64,000 nt of DNA from a bacterium. Its GTDB lineage: Bacteria; Pseudomonadota; Gammaproteobacteria; Enterobacterales; Succinivibrionaceae. Positions 9,558 to 24,102 of this stretch are shown piece by piece. Below the pieces are notes generated by a model. That model saw only the letters and a list, made by a program, of their open reading frames with translations. It did not search any database and was not told the DNA's origin. Numbering within the stretch: position 1 is the first letter of the stretch; each line of letters begins with the position of its first letter. The stretch covers positions 15,291 through 79,290 of the forward strand of contig JAXYTD010000052.1 of assembly GCA_037426365.1 (NCBI GenBank), read 5' to 3'. The position numbers and the translations under genes were made by a program.

Positions 9558-11444
9558 ATGAATCCGCTGAGAAATTTTGACGTTATTGTTGTTGGCGCAG
9601 GACATGCCGGAATTGAAGCAGCTGCAGCCAGTGCCAGAATGAAATGCAAAACCTTGCTGTTAACACACAATCTTGAAACAGTTGGAGAAATGTCCTGCAA
9701 TCCGGCATTCGGAGGCATTGGCAAAGGACACTTACTTAAAGAAGTGGACGCAATGGGAGGGGTTTGTCCAGGAGCCATCGATCAGGCAGGAATTCAATTT
9801 CGTTCTCTAAATTCTTCAAAAGGCCCTGCAGTAAGAGCTACAAGAGCTCAGACGGATCGCCATCTTTATAAACAAGTAATAAGACAAACTTTGGCCTCTT
9901 ATCCTAATCTAACTGTTTTTCAGCAACCTTGCATAGCAGTGATCTTTAAGGATGGAACTGTTTGTGGAGTTAAAACAGCCGGTGGAGTAGATTTCTTTGC
10001 AAAAGCTGTAATTATTTGTGCTGGTACCTTTTTAAACGGTCTTATTCATATAGGCTTGGATCATTACAGCGGAGGACGAGCCGGAGATCCTGCTTCTGTT
10101 GCTTTGGCTGAAAACTTAAAGGAATTGGGACTTAAGGTAGGAAGACTTAAAACAGGTACCCCTGCTAGAATTTATGCTGATAGCATTGACTATTCCAAAA
10201 TGCAAAAACAGGAACCAGAAAATCCGCAACCTGTTTTTTCATTTATGCATTCTCATGATATACATCCTAAACAGGTACCTTGTTTTATTACCAGAACAAA
10301 CGAGAAAACTCATGAAATTATTCGTGGAGGATTGGACCGCTCTCCTCTGTATTCTGGAGTGATCCACAGTGTCGGTCCTCGTTATTGCCCGTCTATTGAA
10401 GATAAAATAGTAAGGTATCCTGATAGAACTTCACATCAAATATTTATTGAACCGGAAGGATTGACTTCACCTTTAGTGTATCCAAACGGTATCTCAACAT
10501 CTCTTCCGTTTGATGTACAGGAAGCATTCATACATTCTATCGAAGGATTGGAAAAAGCTGTAATAGCTAGACCTGGATATGCTATTGAATACGATTTTTA
10601 TGATCCAAGAGAATTATCCGTATCGATGCAGTCCAAAATTATCCCAGGTTTATTTCTTGCCGGACAGATTAACGGAACAACCGGATATGAAGAAGCTGCC
10701 GCTCAAGGTCTTTTGGCCGGTATAAATGCAGGACTTTTTGTAAAGGGATTGAAGCCGTGGTTCCCTGGACGTGAGCAGGCATATGTCGGCGTATTGATGG
10801 ATGATCTTTGTACTCTCGGTACGAAAGAACCTTACCGTATGTTTACTTCAAGGGCTGAACATCGTTTGATCCTAAGAGAAGATAATGCTGATGAACGATT
10901 GACTCCTAAGGCAAGGGAATTGGGGGTTATTTCCGATGAACGTTGGATAAGATTTGAGAATAAAGAAAAAGAAATAGAGCAAGAAAGAAATCGTCTTAGA
11001 TCTTACCTTGTGAAGCCTTCAACAACACAAGGAAAGAATATAAGCGAGATTTTGAATAATCCTATGTCACAAGAACAGAGCCTTGAGGAATTGTTAAGAA
11101 GGCCGGAAGTAAGGTATGAAAACTTAATTCAAGCATCAGGACTCGAGCCTTTGGTTACAGATCCGCAGGCTGCTGAACAGGTTGAAATTCAAGTTAAGTA
11201 TCAAGGATATTTAAAGCGTGAGTTGGACGATATTAAGAAAAATCGTAGCAATGAAAATACATTGTTACCATTAAATTTCGATTATTCGTCTATTCCTGCT
11301 TTGTCAAAAGAAGTTGCGCAAAAACTTAACCAATTTAAGCCAGAGACCATAGGTATGGCATCAAGGATCTCTGGAGTTACCCCTGCGGCGATTTCTATTT
11401 TACTAGTACATCTTAAGAAATTAGGTTTATTGGGACAGAGATGA
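9558..11444 (+). CDS. mnmG: tRNA uridine 5-carboxymethylaminomethyl modification enzyme MnmG (GidA)
   Basis: [19 protein letters not shown] motif, 628 aa, followed by rsmG-parAB-atp as in many Gammaproteobacteria. Confidence 0.97.
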   Translation: MNPLRNFDVIVVGAGHAGIEAAAASARMKCKTLLLTHNLETVGEMSCNPAFGGIGKGHLLKEVDAMGGVCPGAIDQAGIQFRSLNSSKGPAVRATRAQTDRHLYKQVIRQTLASYPNLTVFQQPCIAVIFKDGTVCGVKTAGGVDFFAKAVIICAGTFLNGLIHIGLDHYSGGRAGDPASVALAENLKELGLKVGRLKTGTPARIYADSIDYSKMQKQEPENPQPVFSFMHSHDIHPKQVPCFITRTNEKTHEIIRGGLDRSPLYSGVIHSVGPRYCPSIEDKIVRYPDRTSHQIFIEPEGLTSPLVYPNGISTSLPFDVQEAFIHSIEGLEKAVIARPGYAIEYDFYDPRELSVSMQSKIIPGLFLAGQINGTTGYEEAAAQGLLAGINAGLFVKGLKPWFPGREQAYVGVLMDDLCTLGTKEPYRMFTSRAEHRLILREDNADERLTPKARELGVISDERWIRFENKEKEIEQERNRLRSYLVKPSTTQGKNISEILNNPMSQEQSLEELLRRPEVRYENLIQASGLEPLVTDPQAAEQVEIQVKYQGYLKRELDDIKKNRSNENTLLPLNFDYSSIPALSKEVAQKLNQFKPETIGMASRISGVTPAAISILLVHLKKLGLLGQR

Positions 11445-12112
11445 AAACAAAAAATATAGACCAAGTTTTTTCTTCAGAGGCTATCAGTGAAAAAATCCGT
11501 CTTTTATGGGGACAATCTTCATGTAACGTCGCAGTAAGTGATTTGAAAGTAGAGCAAATGACCAAATTGGTAGGTTTGCTGCATCAATGGAATAAGGCTT
11601 TAAACCTTACTGCCATCAGAGAGCCTGAGGAAATGGTTGTATTGCATATCATAGACTCTATAAGCATAGAACCTTGTATATGTGGAAACAACATTGCTGA
11701 TGTAGGAACCGGCCCGGGATTTCCTGGTTTGGTGTTGGCCATTTTACATCCAGAGATTAAATTTACTTTGATAGATTCAGTAGCAAAAAAAATCTCATTT
11801 GTAAAAAACGCTGTAGCTGTATTAAAACTAGGTAACGTGATACCGGTAAATTGTCGTTGTGAAGACTTGAAAACAAAAGAACATTTTGACTGTATAGTTA
11901 GTCGTGCTTTTGCTCCTTTGGATAAGATTGTAAATTGGTGCCGAGAATTGCTGGTATCTGATGGTAAGTTTGTTGCCATGAAAGCAAAACTTTCAGAAGA
12001 AGAACTTGGTAACGTTCCAGAAGATGTTGTTATAGACAGAATCGAAAAATTAAACGTACCGGGACTGAATGCCACAAGACAAGCGGTAGTAATGTCTTTA
12101 CGCAAACAATAA
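11441..12112 (+). CDS. rsmG: 16S rRNA m7G527 methyltransferase RsmG (GidB)
   Basis: SAM motif [14 protein letters not shown] overlap with mnmG, conserved position. Confidence 0.93.
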   Translation: MKTKNIDQVFSSEAISEKIRLLWGQSSCNVAVSDLKVEQMTKLVGLLHQWNKALNLTAIREPEEMVVLHIIDSISIEPCICGNNIADVGTGPGFPGLVLAILHPEIKFTLIDSVAKKISFVKNAVAVLKLGNVIPVNCRCEDLKTKEHFDCIVSRAFAPLDKIVNWCRELLVSDGKFVAMKAKLSEEELGNVPEDVVIDRIEKLNVPGLNATRQAVVMSLRKQ

Positions 12113-12125
12113 AAAGGAAAAAAAA

Positions 12126-12920
12126 ATGGTAAAAACTATAGCTATCGCCAATCAGAAAGGAGGAGTCGGAAAGACTACTACCTGTGTAAATTTGGCCGCA
12201 TCTTTAGCTGCATTAAAGAAACGTGTATTGGTAGTAGATTGTGATCCTCAGGGAAATGCCACCATGGCTTCTGGTGTCAATAAGTTTGAGTTGAGAAAAA
12301 CTGTATGCCAAGTTCTGATAGATGATCTCGATGCAGAAGAAGTTTTGATTAAAGAGAATACAGGATCATTTCATCTGCTTCCTGCCAATGAAGATTTGAC
12401 TGCTGCTGAGGTAAAGCTACTTGATTATTACGGACGTGAATATCGTCTTAAAAATGCATTAAAACCTATCAAGGATAATTATGATTTTATTTTTATCGAT
12501 TGTCCGCCGTCTTTAAATCTTTTGACTGTCAATGCCATGTGCGCTGCAGACTCGATTATCGTACCGTTACAATGCGAGTATTTTGCATTGGAAGGTCTCA
12601 CACTGCTCATTGATACCGTGGATCAATTAGCTCATGCTGTTAATCCTGAATTAAAGATTGAAGGAATTTTGAGAACGATGTTTGACAACCGTAATCGCTT
12701 GTCATCGGATGTGTCAGACGAGTTAAAAAATAATTTCGGAAGTTTGGTTTACGAGACCATTATTCCAAGAAATGTAAGACTGGCTGAGGCTCCAAGCTAT
12801 GGAAAACCTGCTATGTATTACGATAAATCGTCAAGTGGCACTAAGGCTTATATGGCATTGGCTACGGAAGTAATCGAAAGAAACGGTGATTCAACTAAGG
12901 TAAAAACCGTCAAGAAATAG
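12126..12920 (+). CDS. parA: chromosome partitioning ATPase ParA (Soj)
   Basis: Deviant Walker A motif NQKGGVGKTTT, 264 aa, upstream of parB. Confidence 0.95.
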   Translation: MVKTIAIANQKGGVGKTTTCVNLAASLAALKKRVLVVDCDPQGNATMASGVNKFELRKTVCQVLIDDLDAEEVLIKENTGSFHLLPANEDLTAAEVKLLDYYGREYRLKNALKPIKDNYDFIFIDCPPSLNLLTVNAMCAADSIIVPLQCEYFALEGLTLLIDTVDQLAHAVNPELKIEGILRTMFDNRNRLSSDVSDELKNNFGSLVYETIIPRNVRLAEAPSYGKPAMYYDKSSSGTKAYMALATEVIERNGDSTKVKTVKK

Positions 12921-12995
12921 CAGATAATTTGTACAAGACTGTCTGGGTGAGTTACCGTTTTCTTTTGAAGATAATATACGAGCAAGGAGCTTACA

Positions 12996-13910
12996 ATGCC
13001 TTTAGGTCGAGGGTTAGGATCGCTTTTGAGTGAAAGCAGAAAAGCCAAAGAACTTAAACAGGAACAGTATCAAAACGAAAAATCAGAGGATGGTGAGAAT
13101 TTATCTGATGTTAATGCGGTAACGGAATTAAGTATTGAGCTGTTAAAGGCTTCTGCTTATCAGCCTCGCCGTAAATTTGATGATCCCGGTATAGCTGAGC
13201 TGGCTAATTCCATACGTGAACACGGTGTTCTTGAACCGTTGATCGTAAAAAAAACCAGTGACGGCTCTGGACAATATGAAATTATTTGCGGAGAGCGTCG
13301 CTTTCGTGCCTGCAAAGAAGCAGGAATAAAAAAAATCCCCTGTTTTGTCCGTGATTTGGTGAAAAATGATGCTTATGCTATTGCCCTGGTAGAAAATATC
13401 CAACGTGAAGATTTGAATCCTTTGGAGCAGGCTTCTGCATTGGAACAAATGCTGAATGAATGTGGCATGAGTCAGCAAGATCTTGCTAAAACACTGGGGA
13501 AGTCCCGATCTTCTGTAACCAACATTTTACGAATAAACAAATTAGAACCAGCTGTAAAAGAGATGGTGGGAGCCGGACAATTAGATTTTGGACACGCAAA
13601 AGTTTTACTGGGACTTGAAGGCAATCTGCAGTTAAAGGCTGCAGAAGTTGTTGTAAAAAAACAGCTGACGGTACGACAGACTGAAGATTTCGTAAATGAT
13701 ATCAAGGAAAAAAGCAACGATAACCTAGAGCCGACCAAAAAAGAGCCTACAAAACCGCAGAGTATCTGCGAGTTTGAAGGGGTTTTATCTGAGTTTTTTT
13801 CAGGTTTAAAAATCAAACTTGGCGGTAATGAAAATAAAGGAAAAATTACGATAGCGTATTCATCTGCTGAAGAATTTTCTAGGTTGAAGCGATTACTTGA
13901 GAAAAAGTGA
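12996..13910 (+). CDS. parB: chromosome partitioning protein ParB (Spo0J)
   Basis: LGRGLGSLL N-terminus, ParB box GERRFRA, HTH region. Confidence 0.95.
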   Translation: MPLGRGLGSLLSESRKAKELKQEQYQNEKSEDGENLSDVNAVTELSIELLKASAYQPRRKFDDPGIAELANSIREHGVLEPLIVKKTSDGSGQYEIICGERRFRACKEAGIKKIPCFVRDLVKNDAYAIALVENIQREDLNPLEQASALEQMLNECGMSQQDLAKTLGKSRSSVTNILRINKLEPAVKEMVGAGQLDFGHAKVLLGLEGNLQLKAAEVVVKKQLTVRQTEDFVNDIKEKSNDNLEPTKKEPTKPQSICEFEGVLSEFFSGLKIKLGGNENKGKITIAYSSAEEFSRLKRLLEKK

Positions 13911-13990
13911 GTTTGTTTGGTTAAAAATCACCAAAATAGTGCAGAAATTTAAAAAAACTTCGATAATATTTTGCAATTAGACAATAAAAG

Positions 13991-14368
13991 ATGTTAAAAG
14001 CCTTTCGCCCGTATTTATTTATCTATGTTGCATTGTTGGGATTAACCTTTGTTTATGCGTTTTTTTTTAAAAGTAGGTTACTCCTCTCACTTTCAGCATC
14101 TTTGTCTGCCATTTTTATTTTTTCTGTATCTAGTTTTATAGGATGGTATTGCGCTCACAGACGCGATAATAAAAAAAATACTGTTAATACAGTAATTTAT
14201 GATGCTGTTTACGGACTTATTCTGAAGTACATGGTTCTTGTATTATTACTTGTGTTTTATTTTAAATTTATAAAAATAGAAGAAGTTTTGTTTATACTTG
14301 AATTTATTTTATTAATTATTATAAAAAATATACTTATTTTTGTGCTTTATTTAAAAAGTCATAGCTAA
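13991..14368 (+). CDS. atpI: ATP synthase protein I
   Basis: Small, very hydrophobic, AT-rich ORF directly upstream of atpB. Confidence 0.7.
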   Translation: MLKAFRPYLFIYVALLGLTFVYAFFFKSRLLLSLSASLSAIFIFSVSSFIGWYCAHRRDNKKNTVNTVIYDAVYGLILKYMVLVLLLVFYFKFIKIEEVLFILEFILLIIIKNILIFVLYLKSHS

Positions 14369-14499
14369 CTGATTTTGACAATAAAATTTAATTGTCGTAA
14401 TTTCATCTGAAAATTTAACAAACGTAGGATGCGTCAGAATACGGATTTTCCGCATCTGTATTCGTATCCGTCGTCAACCAGGCTTTTGAAAGCCTATAA

Positions 14500-15722
<1,223 letters not shown>

Positions 15723-15760
15723 AACCTGACGTCTTTAAAGAATAAGCGGAGCGTTTCACT

Positions 15761-16231
15761 TTGGAAATCAATGCCACTTTTTTAGGACAGGCAGTTGCGT
15801 TCCTGATCTTTGCGGTTATATGTATGAAGTATGTGTGGCCGCCTTTGATCAATGCTATAGAGAAAAGGCAGAAGGAAATTGCTGACGGTCTTTCTAATGC
15901 TGAAAAAGCAAAAAAGAACTTAGAGTTGGCCAATAACGGAGTCAAGGAAGCTTTGCAGGAAGCTAAAGCTCAGGCTCAGAAAATTGTTGATGAAGCTCAA
16001 AAACAGCGTGCCGAGATTATCGACAAAGCTGCGACTGAGGCTCTTGAAGAAAAAGCAAAAATTCTTCAACAAGCTCAAAACGAGATTGAGGCAGAACGCA
16101 ATAAGGCGCAGGAAGAGCTTAGAGCTCAGATCGCTGCGTTAGCTGTTGCCGGAGCTGCGAAAATTTTGGGTGAGCAGGCTGATTTGCATACAGATAAAAC
16201 TGCTCTTGAGCAGATTGAAAAATCTATTTAA
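15761..16231 (+). CDS. atpF: F0F1 ATP synthase subunit b (TTG start)
   Basis: [35 protein letters not shown] matches E. coli AtpF. GGAG lies upstream of the TTG. Confidence 0.93.
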   Translation: MEINATFLGQAVAFLIFAVICMKYVWPPLINAIEKRQKEIADGLSNAEKAKKNLELANNGVKEALQEAKAQAQKIVDEAQKQRAEIIDKAATEALEEKAKILQQAQNEIEAERNKAQEELRAQIAALAVAGAAKILGEQADLHTDKTALEQIEKSI

Positions 16232-16248
16232 GGAAGGAATGAGCAGTA

Positions 16249-16779
16249 ATGGCTGAGAATTTGACTGTTGCTAGACCTTATGCGGAGGCTGTATTCGGTT
16301 TAGCAACAGAAGAAAAATCCTTCGACAAATGGCAGACGGTGCTTTGCGCTATGTCTGAAGCTGTCAAAGATCCTTTCTATTTGGGGTTTTTGAAGAACTC
16401 ATCGAGTCCTGACGATGCATCCAAGTGTTTTGTGAAATTGCTTACTGGGATTATTGATACCGCAGGAGAAAATTTCATTAAATTGTTGGCTACAAACGGA
16501 AGGCTGGAGGTTTTACCGGAAATCTACGACGAGTTCTGCAGACTCAAGGCCAAACACGATAAAGTGTTGACTGTGCATCTAACCTCAGCCCGTCGTTATG
16601 CCGATGCCGATCTCGAAGTTCTGAAGAAAAAGCTTTCTGAAAAATATGACTGCTCGATTGATTTGGAGCAACATCTTGATCCGACTCTGATTGGAGGAGC
16701 TGTGCTCAAGATTGGTGACAAAGTCATCGATGCTAGTATAAAGACAAGTTTGGTAAACCTGTCTTCAACCCTCAGATAA
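16249..16779 (+). CDS. atpH: F0F1 ATP synthase subunit delta
   Basis: 176 aa, VARPYAEA N-terminus, operon position. Confidence 0.93.
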   Translation: MAENLTVARPYAEAVFGLATEEKSFDKWQTVLCAMSEAVKDPFYLGFLKNSSSPDDASKCFVKLLTGIIDTAGENFIKLLATNGRLEVLPEIYDEFCRLKAKHDKVLTVHLTSARRYADADLEVLKKKLSEKYDCSIDLEQHLDPTLIGGAVLKIGDKVIDASIKTSLVNLSSTLR

Positions 16780-16794
16780 TCAAGGGGATGAATA

Positions 16795-18336
16795 ATGCAA
16801 CTGAATTCAACTGAAATTGCTGATCTGATTAAAGAAAGGATTAAGCAATTCAAAGTTGTGACTGAGGCCAGGGATGAAGGTGTTATCGTTTCTTTAAACG
16901 ACGGTATTGCCAGAATTCATGGTTTAGCCAATGTGATGCAGGGCGAAATGCTCGATTTTGGCAATGATCTTTATGGTCTTGCATTAAATCTGGAGCGCGA
17001 CTCTGTAGGTGCCATTGTGCTCGGACCTTATACTTCGTTATCAGAAGGCATGAAGGTTCATAGTACGGGTAGAATTTTAAACGTACCTGTTGGCAAGGCT
17101 TTGTTAGGCCGTGTGGTAAATGCTTTGGGCGAGCCGATCGACGGAAAGGGACCTATTGCATCAGACGGATTTTACCCTGTAGAAAAAATTGCTCCTGGTG
17201 TTATTGCCAGACAAGGCGTAAATCAGCCTATTCAAACTGGTTACAAAGCAGTTGATTCGATGATCCCAATTGGACGCGGTCAGCGTGAACTTATTATTGG
17301 TGATCGCCAAACTGGTAAAACAGCTTTGGCTATAGATACCATCATCAATCAAAAGAAATACGGTGTACGTTGTATCTATGTAGCCATAGGTCAGAAAGCT
17401 TCAACTATTGCCGGTGTAGTTAGAAAACTTGCCGATATGGGGGCATTGGATAACACTATCGTGGTAGTAGCATCGGCTTCTGATACAGCTGCATTGCAAT
17501 ATATTGCTCCTTACTCAGGATGTGCTATGGGGGAATACTTCATGGACCAAGGGGAAGATGCCTTGATTGTCTATGATGATTTGTCCAAGCATGCTGTGGC
17601 TTACCGTCAGATTTCCCTGTTACTGCGCCGTCCCCCTGGGCGTGAGGCTTTCCCTGGTGACGTTTTCTATTTGCATTCAAGATTACTTGAGAGAGCTTCT
17701 CGAGTAAATGCTGAGTATTTAGAGAAAAAATCAGGCGGTAAGGTTGTCGGAAAGACTGGTTCTTTGACAGCTCTTCCTATCATTGAAACTCAGGCTGGTG
17801 ACGTGTCGGCATTTATTCCGACCAATGTTATTTCCATTACTGACGGTCAGATTTTCCTGACTACCAGTTTGTTTAACTCCGGCGTAAGACCGGCTGTTGA
17901 TCCTGGTATCTCGGTTTCGCGTGTAGGTGGATCTGCTCAGACTAAGGTAATTAAGAAATTGTCAGGCGGAATTCGTACTGCATTGGCTCAGTACCGTGAA
18001 TTGGCTGCATTTGCTCAGTTCTCATCAGATCTTGATGAAAGCACCAGAAAACAGTTAAATCACGGTCAGAAAGTGACCGAGCTTATGAAGCAGAATCAGT
18101 ATGCTCCTTTGTCCGTTGCAGAACAGGCTTTGGTTATTTTTGCTGCTGAGCGCGGATTCCTTGAGGATGTTGAGCTCAAGAAGATTGCCTCGTTCGAGTC
18201 TGGACTTCTAAGTTTTGCTCACAGCAAGTATGAGGAAGTTCTTAAGGGTATAGACGAGAAGCCCGATTATAACGATGAGATCGTCAAGACTTTGACCGAT
18301 ATTGTGTCAGAGTTTAAGTCGACTCAGGCTTATTAG
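16795..18336 (+). CDS. atpA: F0F1 ATP synthase subunit alpha
   Basis: Walker A GDRQTGKT, 513 aa, highly conserved throughout. Confidence 0.98.
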   Translation: MQLNSTEIADLIKERIKQFKVVTEARDEGVIVSLNDGIARIHGLANVMQGEMLDFGNDLYGLALNLERDSVGAIVLGPYTSLSEGMKVHSTGRILNVPVGKALLGRVVNALGEPIDGKGPIASDGFYPVEKIAPGVIARQGVNQPIQTGYKAVDSMIPIGRGQRELIIGDRQTGKTALAIDTIINQKKYGVRCIYVAIGQKASTIAGVVRKLADMGALDNTIVVVASASDTAALQYIAPYSGCAMGEYFMDQGEDALIVYDDLSKHAVAYRQISLLLRRPPGREAFPGDVFYLHSRLLERASRVNAEYLEKKSGGKVVGKTGSLTALPIIETQAGDVSAFIPTNVISITDGQIFLTTSLFNSGVRPAVDPGISVSRVGGSAQTKVIKKLSGGIRTALAQYRELAAFAQFSSDLDESTRKQLNHGQKVTELMKQNQYAPLSVAEQALVIFAAERGFLEDVELKKIASFESGLLSFAHSKYEEVLKGIDEKPDYNDEIVKTLTDIVSEFKSTQAY

Positions 18337-18344
18337 GAGCTTAC

Positions 18345-20641
<2,297 letters not shown>

Positions 20642-20658
20642 GAGTACGGAGGCTGCAT

Positions 20659-21084
20659 ATGGACACATTTGCATTCACTTTGGAAGTTGTAAGTGCCGAA
20701 GGCAGCCTGTATTCTGGCAAGGTTAAATCAGTGCGAGTAACCGGCAGTGAAGGTGAATTGGGGATACGCTTTGGTCATACCCCTTTATTAACCACTATAA
20801 AAACCGGTTTAGTTACGCTTGTTGATGAGAATGACAAGGAAGATCAGATCTACTTGGCAGGTGGTGTTCTTGAGGTTCAGCCTGAGGTAACTACCATTCT
20901 TGCAGATACAGCGTTAAGGGCTGATGATATCGATGAGGCTAAGGCCAAAGAAGCTATGAATGCAGCGAAAGAAGCTATTAATAAGCATTCTAGCGGAGAT
21001 GTTGATTATAATACTGCACTTGCACGTCTTGCTGATGCTATGGCAAGACTTAAGGTAGTAGAAATCGCCAGAAACAGACGTTGA
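20659..21084 (+). CDS. atpC: F0F1 ATP synthase subunit epsilon
   Basis: 141 aa, last gene of the atp operon, typical beta-sandwich plus helical hairpin pattern. Confidence 0.93.
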   Translation: MDTFAFTLEVVSAEGSLYSGKVKSVRVTGSEGELGIRFGHTPLLTTIKTGLVTLVDENDKEDQIYLAGGVLEVQPEVTTILADTALRADDIDEAKAKEAMNAAKEAINKHSSGDVDYNTALARLADAMARLKVVEIARNRR

Positions 21085-21122
21085 TATTGATAGTGTAAAC
21101 TTACACATATCATATATGGTTG

Positions 21123-21152
21123 AAACCGGGTACTAAAAATATCCGGTTTTAT
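21123..21152. terminator. possible bidirectional terminator between atpC and rpoH
   Basis: Stem AAACCGG / CCGGTTT (7 bp, 13-nt loop) with a T-run on the plus strand. Overlaps the rpoH stop. Confidence 0.45.
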
Positions 21153-22087
21153 TCTTTTGTGATGGGCTTGTTTTCAAGTGAAGGTGTGTTGTCACTTATT
21201 CCCTGACTTACCAGAAAACTTTTAAGTTTTTTCATTCCTGCAAGTTCAATCTGACGTACTCTCTCTACGGAAATATGCAATTGAGCTGCCAATTCCTGTA
21301 ACGTTTTTTTATTTTCATCCAGCCAACGTTTTTGAATAACTGTTCTAGTACGCTCATCAAGCTGTTGCATTGCCATTCCTAGTTTTTCCAATTCAAAGGA
21401 CTGGTAATTACGATCTTCAAAACTCTTGGCAAAATTAGAACTTTCATCTTCTAGGTAAGCTGCAGGTGCAAATGAATCTTTGTCAGAAGAATCATCAGAA
21501 TCAGCGTCAAAAGCTACATCCTGTCCAGAAAGTCTTGTTTCCATTTCAGCAACATCTTTTGGGCTTACTTCAAGATCGTTGGCTACTTGATCGCGTTCTT
21601 TAGTTGTAAACCATCCGAGATGTTTTTTGTTTTGTCTTAATTTAAAGAAAAGCTTACGTTGGGCTTTGGTTGTTGCTACCTTGACCATACGCCAATTCTT
21701 TATAACGTAGTCATGGATTTCCGCCTTAATCCAATGTACGGCAAAAGCAGCTAGTCTTCCTCCTACATCTGGATCAAAGTGCTTTACGGCTTTCATGAGA
21801 CCTATATTACCTTCCTGGATCAGATCTGCGATAGGAAGTCCGTAACCTGAATATCCTCTGGCTACACTTACAACTAGTCTTAAATGAGAAAGCACCAGTT
21901 TTCGCGCTGCTTCTATATCTCCGTAATCTTTAAGTCTTCTGGCAAGAGAGCGTTCGTCTTCTTCTTCTAGCATTGGGATTTTATTGATCCCGCTTATATA
22001 GGAATTAAGATCTCCTACCGGTAACAACATCATTTGTTGCTGTGATGACTGATTCTGATCGTCAGCTGAAGTTGCAATTTTTGTCAT
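21149..22087 (-). CDS. rpoH: RNA polymerase sigma-32 (heat shock sigma factor)
   Basis: RpoH box KAQRKLFFKLRQ, region 2 (IQEGNIGLMKAVKHFDP) and region 4. Confidence 0.95.
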   Translation of the reverse strand: MTKIATSADDQNQSSQQQMMLLPVGDLNSYISGINKIPMLEEEDERSLARRLKDYGDIEAARKLVLSHLRLVVSVARGYSGYGLPIADLIQEGNIGLMKAVKHFDPDVGGRLAAFAVHWIKAEIHDYVIKNWRMVKVATTKAQRKLFFKLRQNKKHLGWFTTKERDQVANDLEVSPKDVAEMETRLSGQDVAFDADSDDSSDKDSFAPAAYLEDESSNFAKSFEDRNYQSFELEKLGMAMQQLDERTRTVIQKRWLDENKKTLQELAAQLHISVERVRQIELAGMKKLKSFLVSQGISDNTPSLENKPITKE

Positions 22088-22114
22088 GTGTTTTGTGTGA
22101 GATCTCAGAAATGA

Positions 22115-23278
22115 TTAGCCAAGTAAGGCGTCTACAAAAGATTCAACATCAAATTCACGCAGATCCTCGGTTTTTTCTCCTATGCCGATAAAACGTAAGG
22201 GAATGCCAAAGAGATCAGCTAGAGCAAATACCACACCTCCCTTGGCCGTACCGTCAAGTTTTGTAATTGTGATACCGGTGACCTTGACTGCTTCATTAAA
22301 AAGTTTCGTTTGAGATACGGCATTTTGTCCGGTTGTTGCATCAAGCACAAGCATGACTTCATCAGGAACATGTGTATCATGTTTTTTCATGACTCTGACG
22401 ATCTTTTTGAGTTCTTCCATTAGATTGTCTTTATTTTGTAATCTTCCTGCCGTGTCGCAGATCAGTACGTCACATTTTCTGGCTTTGGCTGCAGTTAAGG
22501 CATCGAAAATTACTGAAGCACTGTCAGAGCCGGTTGGTTGAGAGATTACGGGAACACCTGTACGTTCTCCCCATTTGTTCAGTTGTTCTACAGCGGCTGC
22601 TCTGAAAGTATCACCGGCAGCCAACATGACTTTTTTCCCTTGTGACATGAACTTAAGGGCTAATTTCCCAATTGTTGTAGTCTTCCCTGCTCCGTTGACT
22701 CCTACCATCAGGATTACATATGGGCTGTCTTTGTGCATTTCTGTATTAAGAGGTTGAGCACAAGGTTGTAATAATTCACAAAGTATTTGTTTTAGATTAT
22801 TTTTGAGAGCGCCTGCGTCATGCAAGTCTCTCAATTTAGAAGTTTCACGCAATTTAGTGATCACTTTTTCGGTAGTATCAACACCTAGATCAGCAGTAAG
22901 CAGAGCTGTTTCAAGATCTTCGTACAGATCTTCACTAATCTGTTTTCCTTTGATCATAGCTTCAAGACCATAGGCCAGATTCTCTCGAGTTCTTTTCAGT
23001 CTTTCGAAAAAGGATATTTTGTTTTTTTGTATATTTTCTGTTTGATGATCTGTGTTTACATCAATCGTTTGAATTGCATTTGCTTCTCTGTTGTCAGATA
23101 CAGATGATTTGAACGATTTCTCAGCTTGATTTTCGTTGTTTGAGTCCGTGCAAGTAGTATTTATTTGTCTATTCTGTATATCGGATTGTTGTTTTGAGAA
23201 GATCTGATCTTTTGTATTGGCATCAGTAGATATAGTTGAGGATTTTTTTTTGAAAAAATTGAAAAAACCTTTGCTCAT
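22115..23278 (-). CDS. ftsY: signal recognition particle receptor FtsY
   Basis: NG domain (GVNGAGKTTTIGKL, DTAGR, TKLDGTAKGG). Start chosen at MSKGFFNFFKKK by analogy with E. coli. The track ORF extends to 23374. Confidence 0.93.
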   Translation of the reverse strand: MSKGFFNFFKKKSSTISTDANTKDQIFSKQQSDIQNRQINTTCTDSNNENQAEKSFKSSVSDNREANAIQTIDVNTDHQTENIQKNKISFFERLKRTRENLAYGLEAMIKGKQISEDLYEDLETALLTADLGVDTTEKVITKLRETSKLRDLHDAGALKNNLKQILCELLQPCAQPLNTEMHKDSPYVILMVGVNGAGKTTTIGKLALKFMSQGKKVMLAAGDTFRAAAVEQLNKWGERTGVPVISQPTGSDSASVIFDALTAAKARKCDVLICDTAGRLQNKDNLMEELKKIVRVMKKHDTHVPDEVMLVLDATTGQNAVSQTKLFNEAVKVTGITITKLDGTAKGGVVFALADLFGIPLRFIGIGEKTEDLREFDVESFVDALLG

Positions 23279-23434
23279 GAGTGGCCTGCAAAAATTAGTG
23301 AAAAGGCTTATGCTTGATGTCGTAAGTTTAATGGTAAACATTGTACTCGTTTTGTCTCTATGGTTGATTTGCAAAACGGGTAACTGCTTTTTTAAATCAC
23401 TATTGTAGTGTTACTGGTGAACAAATTTTGTGGA

Positions 23435-24010
23435 ATGAAAATGAATATGCACACCAATGAACATAAAGTAAGGATTATAGGCGGTAAATTCAAGGGAATG
23501 ACGCTGATTGTTGGAAATGCTGAAGGACTTAGACCAACTCCTGACAGGATAAGAGAAACGGTTTTTTCTTGGTTGGAAGGAAAATGTCAAAATTTGAGAG
23601 TTTTGGATCTTTTTGCAGGAAGCGGTGCATTGGGAATTGAATCTTTTTCTCGAGGCGCTTCCGAAGTGGTTCTTGTTGAATTAGACGGATCTAACGCTCA
23701 GTTATTGTCGTCAGAAATAAGTAAATTTGGGAAAAATATAAAAGTCGTTCATCAGGATGCAATGAATTATTTAAAACAGGCATCAGGAAAATTTGATTTA
23801 GTATTTTTAGATCCGCCTTACTGTAGTGATCTTTTGAAGGATTGTCTAAATATGCTAAAAGATAGGAACTTAATTGATGAAAAATCTTTAATTTATGTAG
23901 AAATGAATGCCGGACGCTCGCTTGTTGTGACTGACTATGAAGTTATACGTGAAGAATGTTCAGGACAGGTAAAGTATGCTTTATGGAAAAAGAGTGCTCA
24001 TTTGTTTTGA
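23435..24010 (+). CDS. rsmD: 16S rRNA m2G966 methyltransferase RsmD
   Basis: VRIIGGKFKG..LRPTPDRIRETVFSWL..DLFAGSGALGIE..LDPPY. Divergent from ftsY as in E. coli. Start ambiguous (23435, 23441 or 23447). Confidence 0.9.
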   Translation: MKMNMHTNEHKVRIIGGKFKGMTLIVGNAEGLRPTPDRIRETVFSWLEGKCQNLRVLDLFAGSGALGIESFSRGASEVVLVELDGSNAQLLSSEISKFGKNIKVVHQDAMNYLKQASGKFDLVFLDPPYCSDLLKDCLNMLKDRNLIDEKSLIYVEMNAGRSLVVTDYEVIREECSGQVKYALWKKSAHLF

Positions 24011-24040
24011 GCAGTTGACATCATAAGATGCTGAAATAAT

Positions 24041-24073
24041 AAAAAAGTCCATCATTTGATGGACTTTTTTTTT
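24041..24073. terminator. bidirectional intrinsic terminator (rsmD / dehydrogenase gene)
   Basis: A-run, stem GTCCATCA / TGATGGAC, then a 9-nt T-run. Confidence 0.85.
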
Positions 24074-24102
24074 GAAATTAATCGTTATATGTAGCGATTA
24101 AA

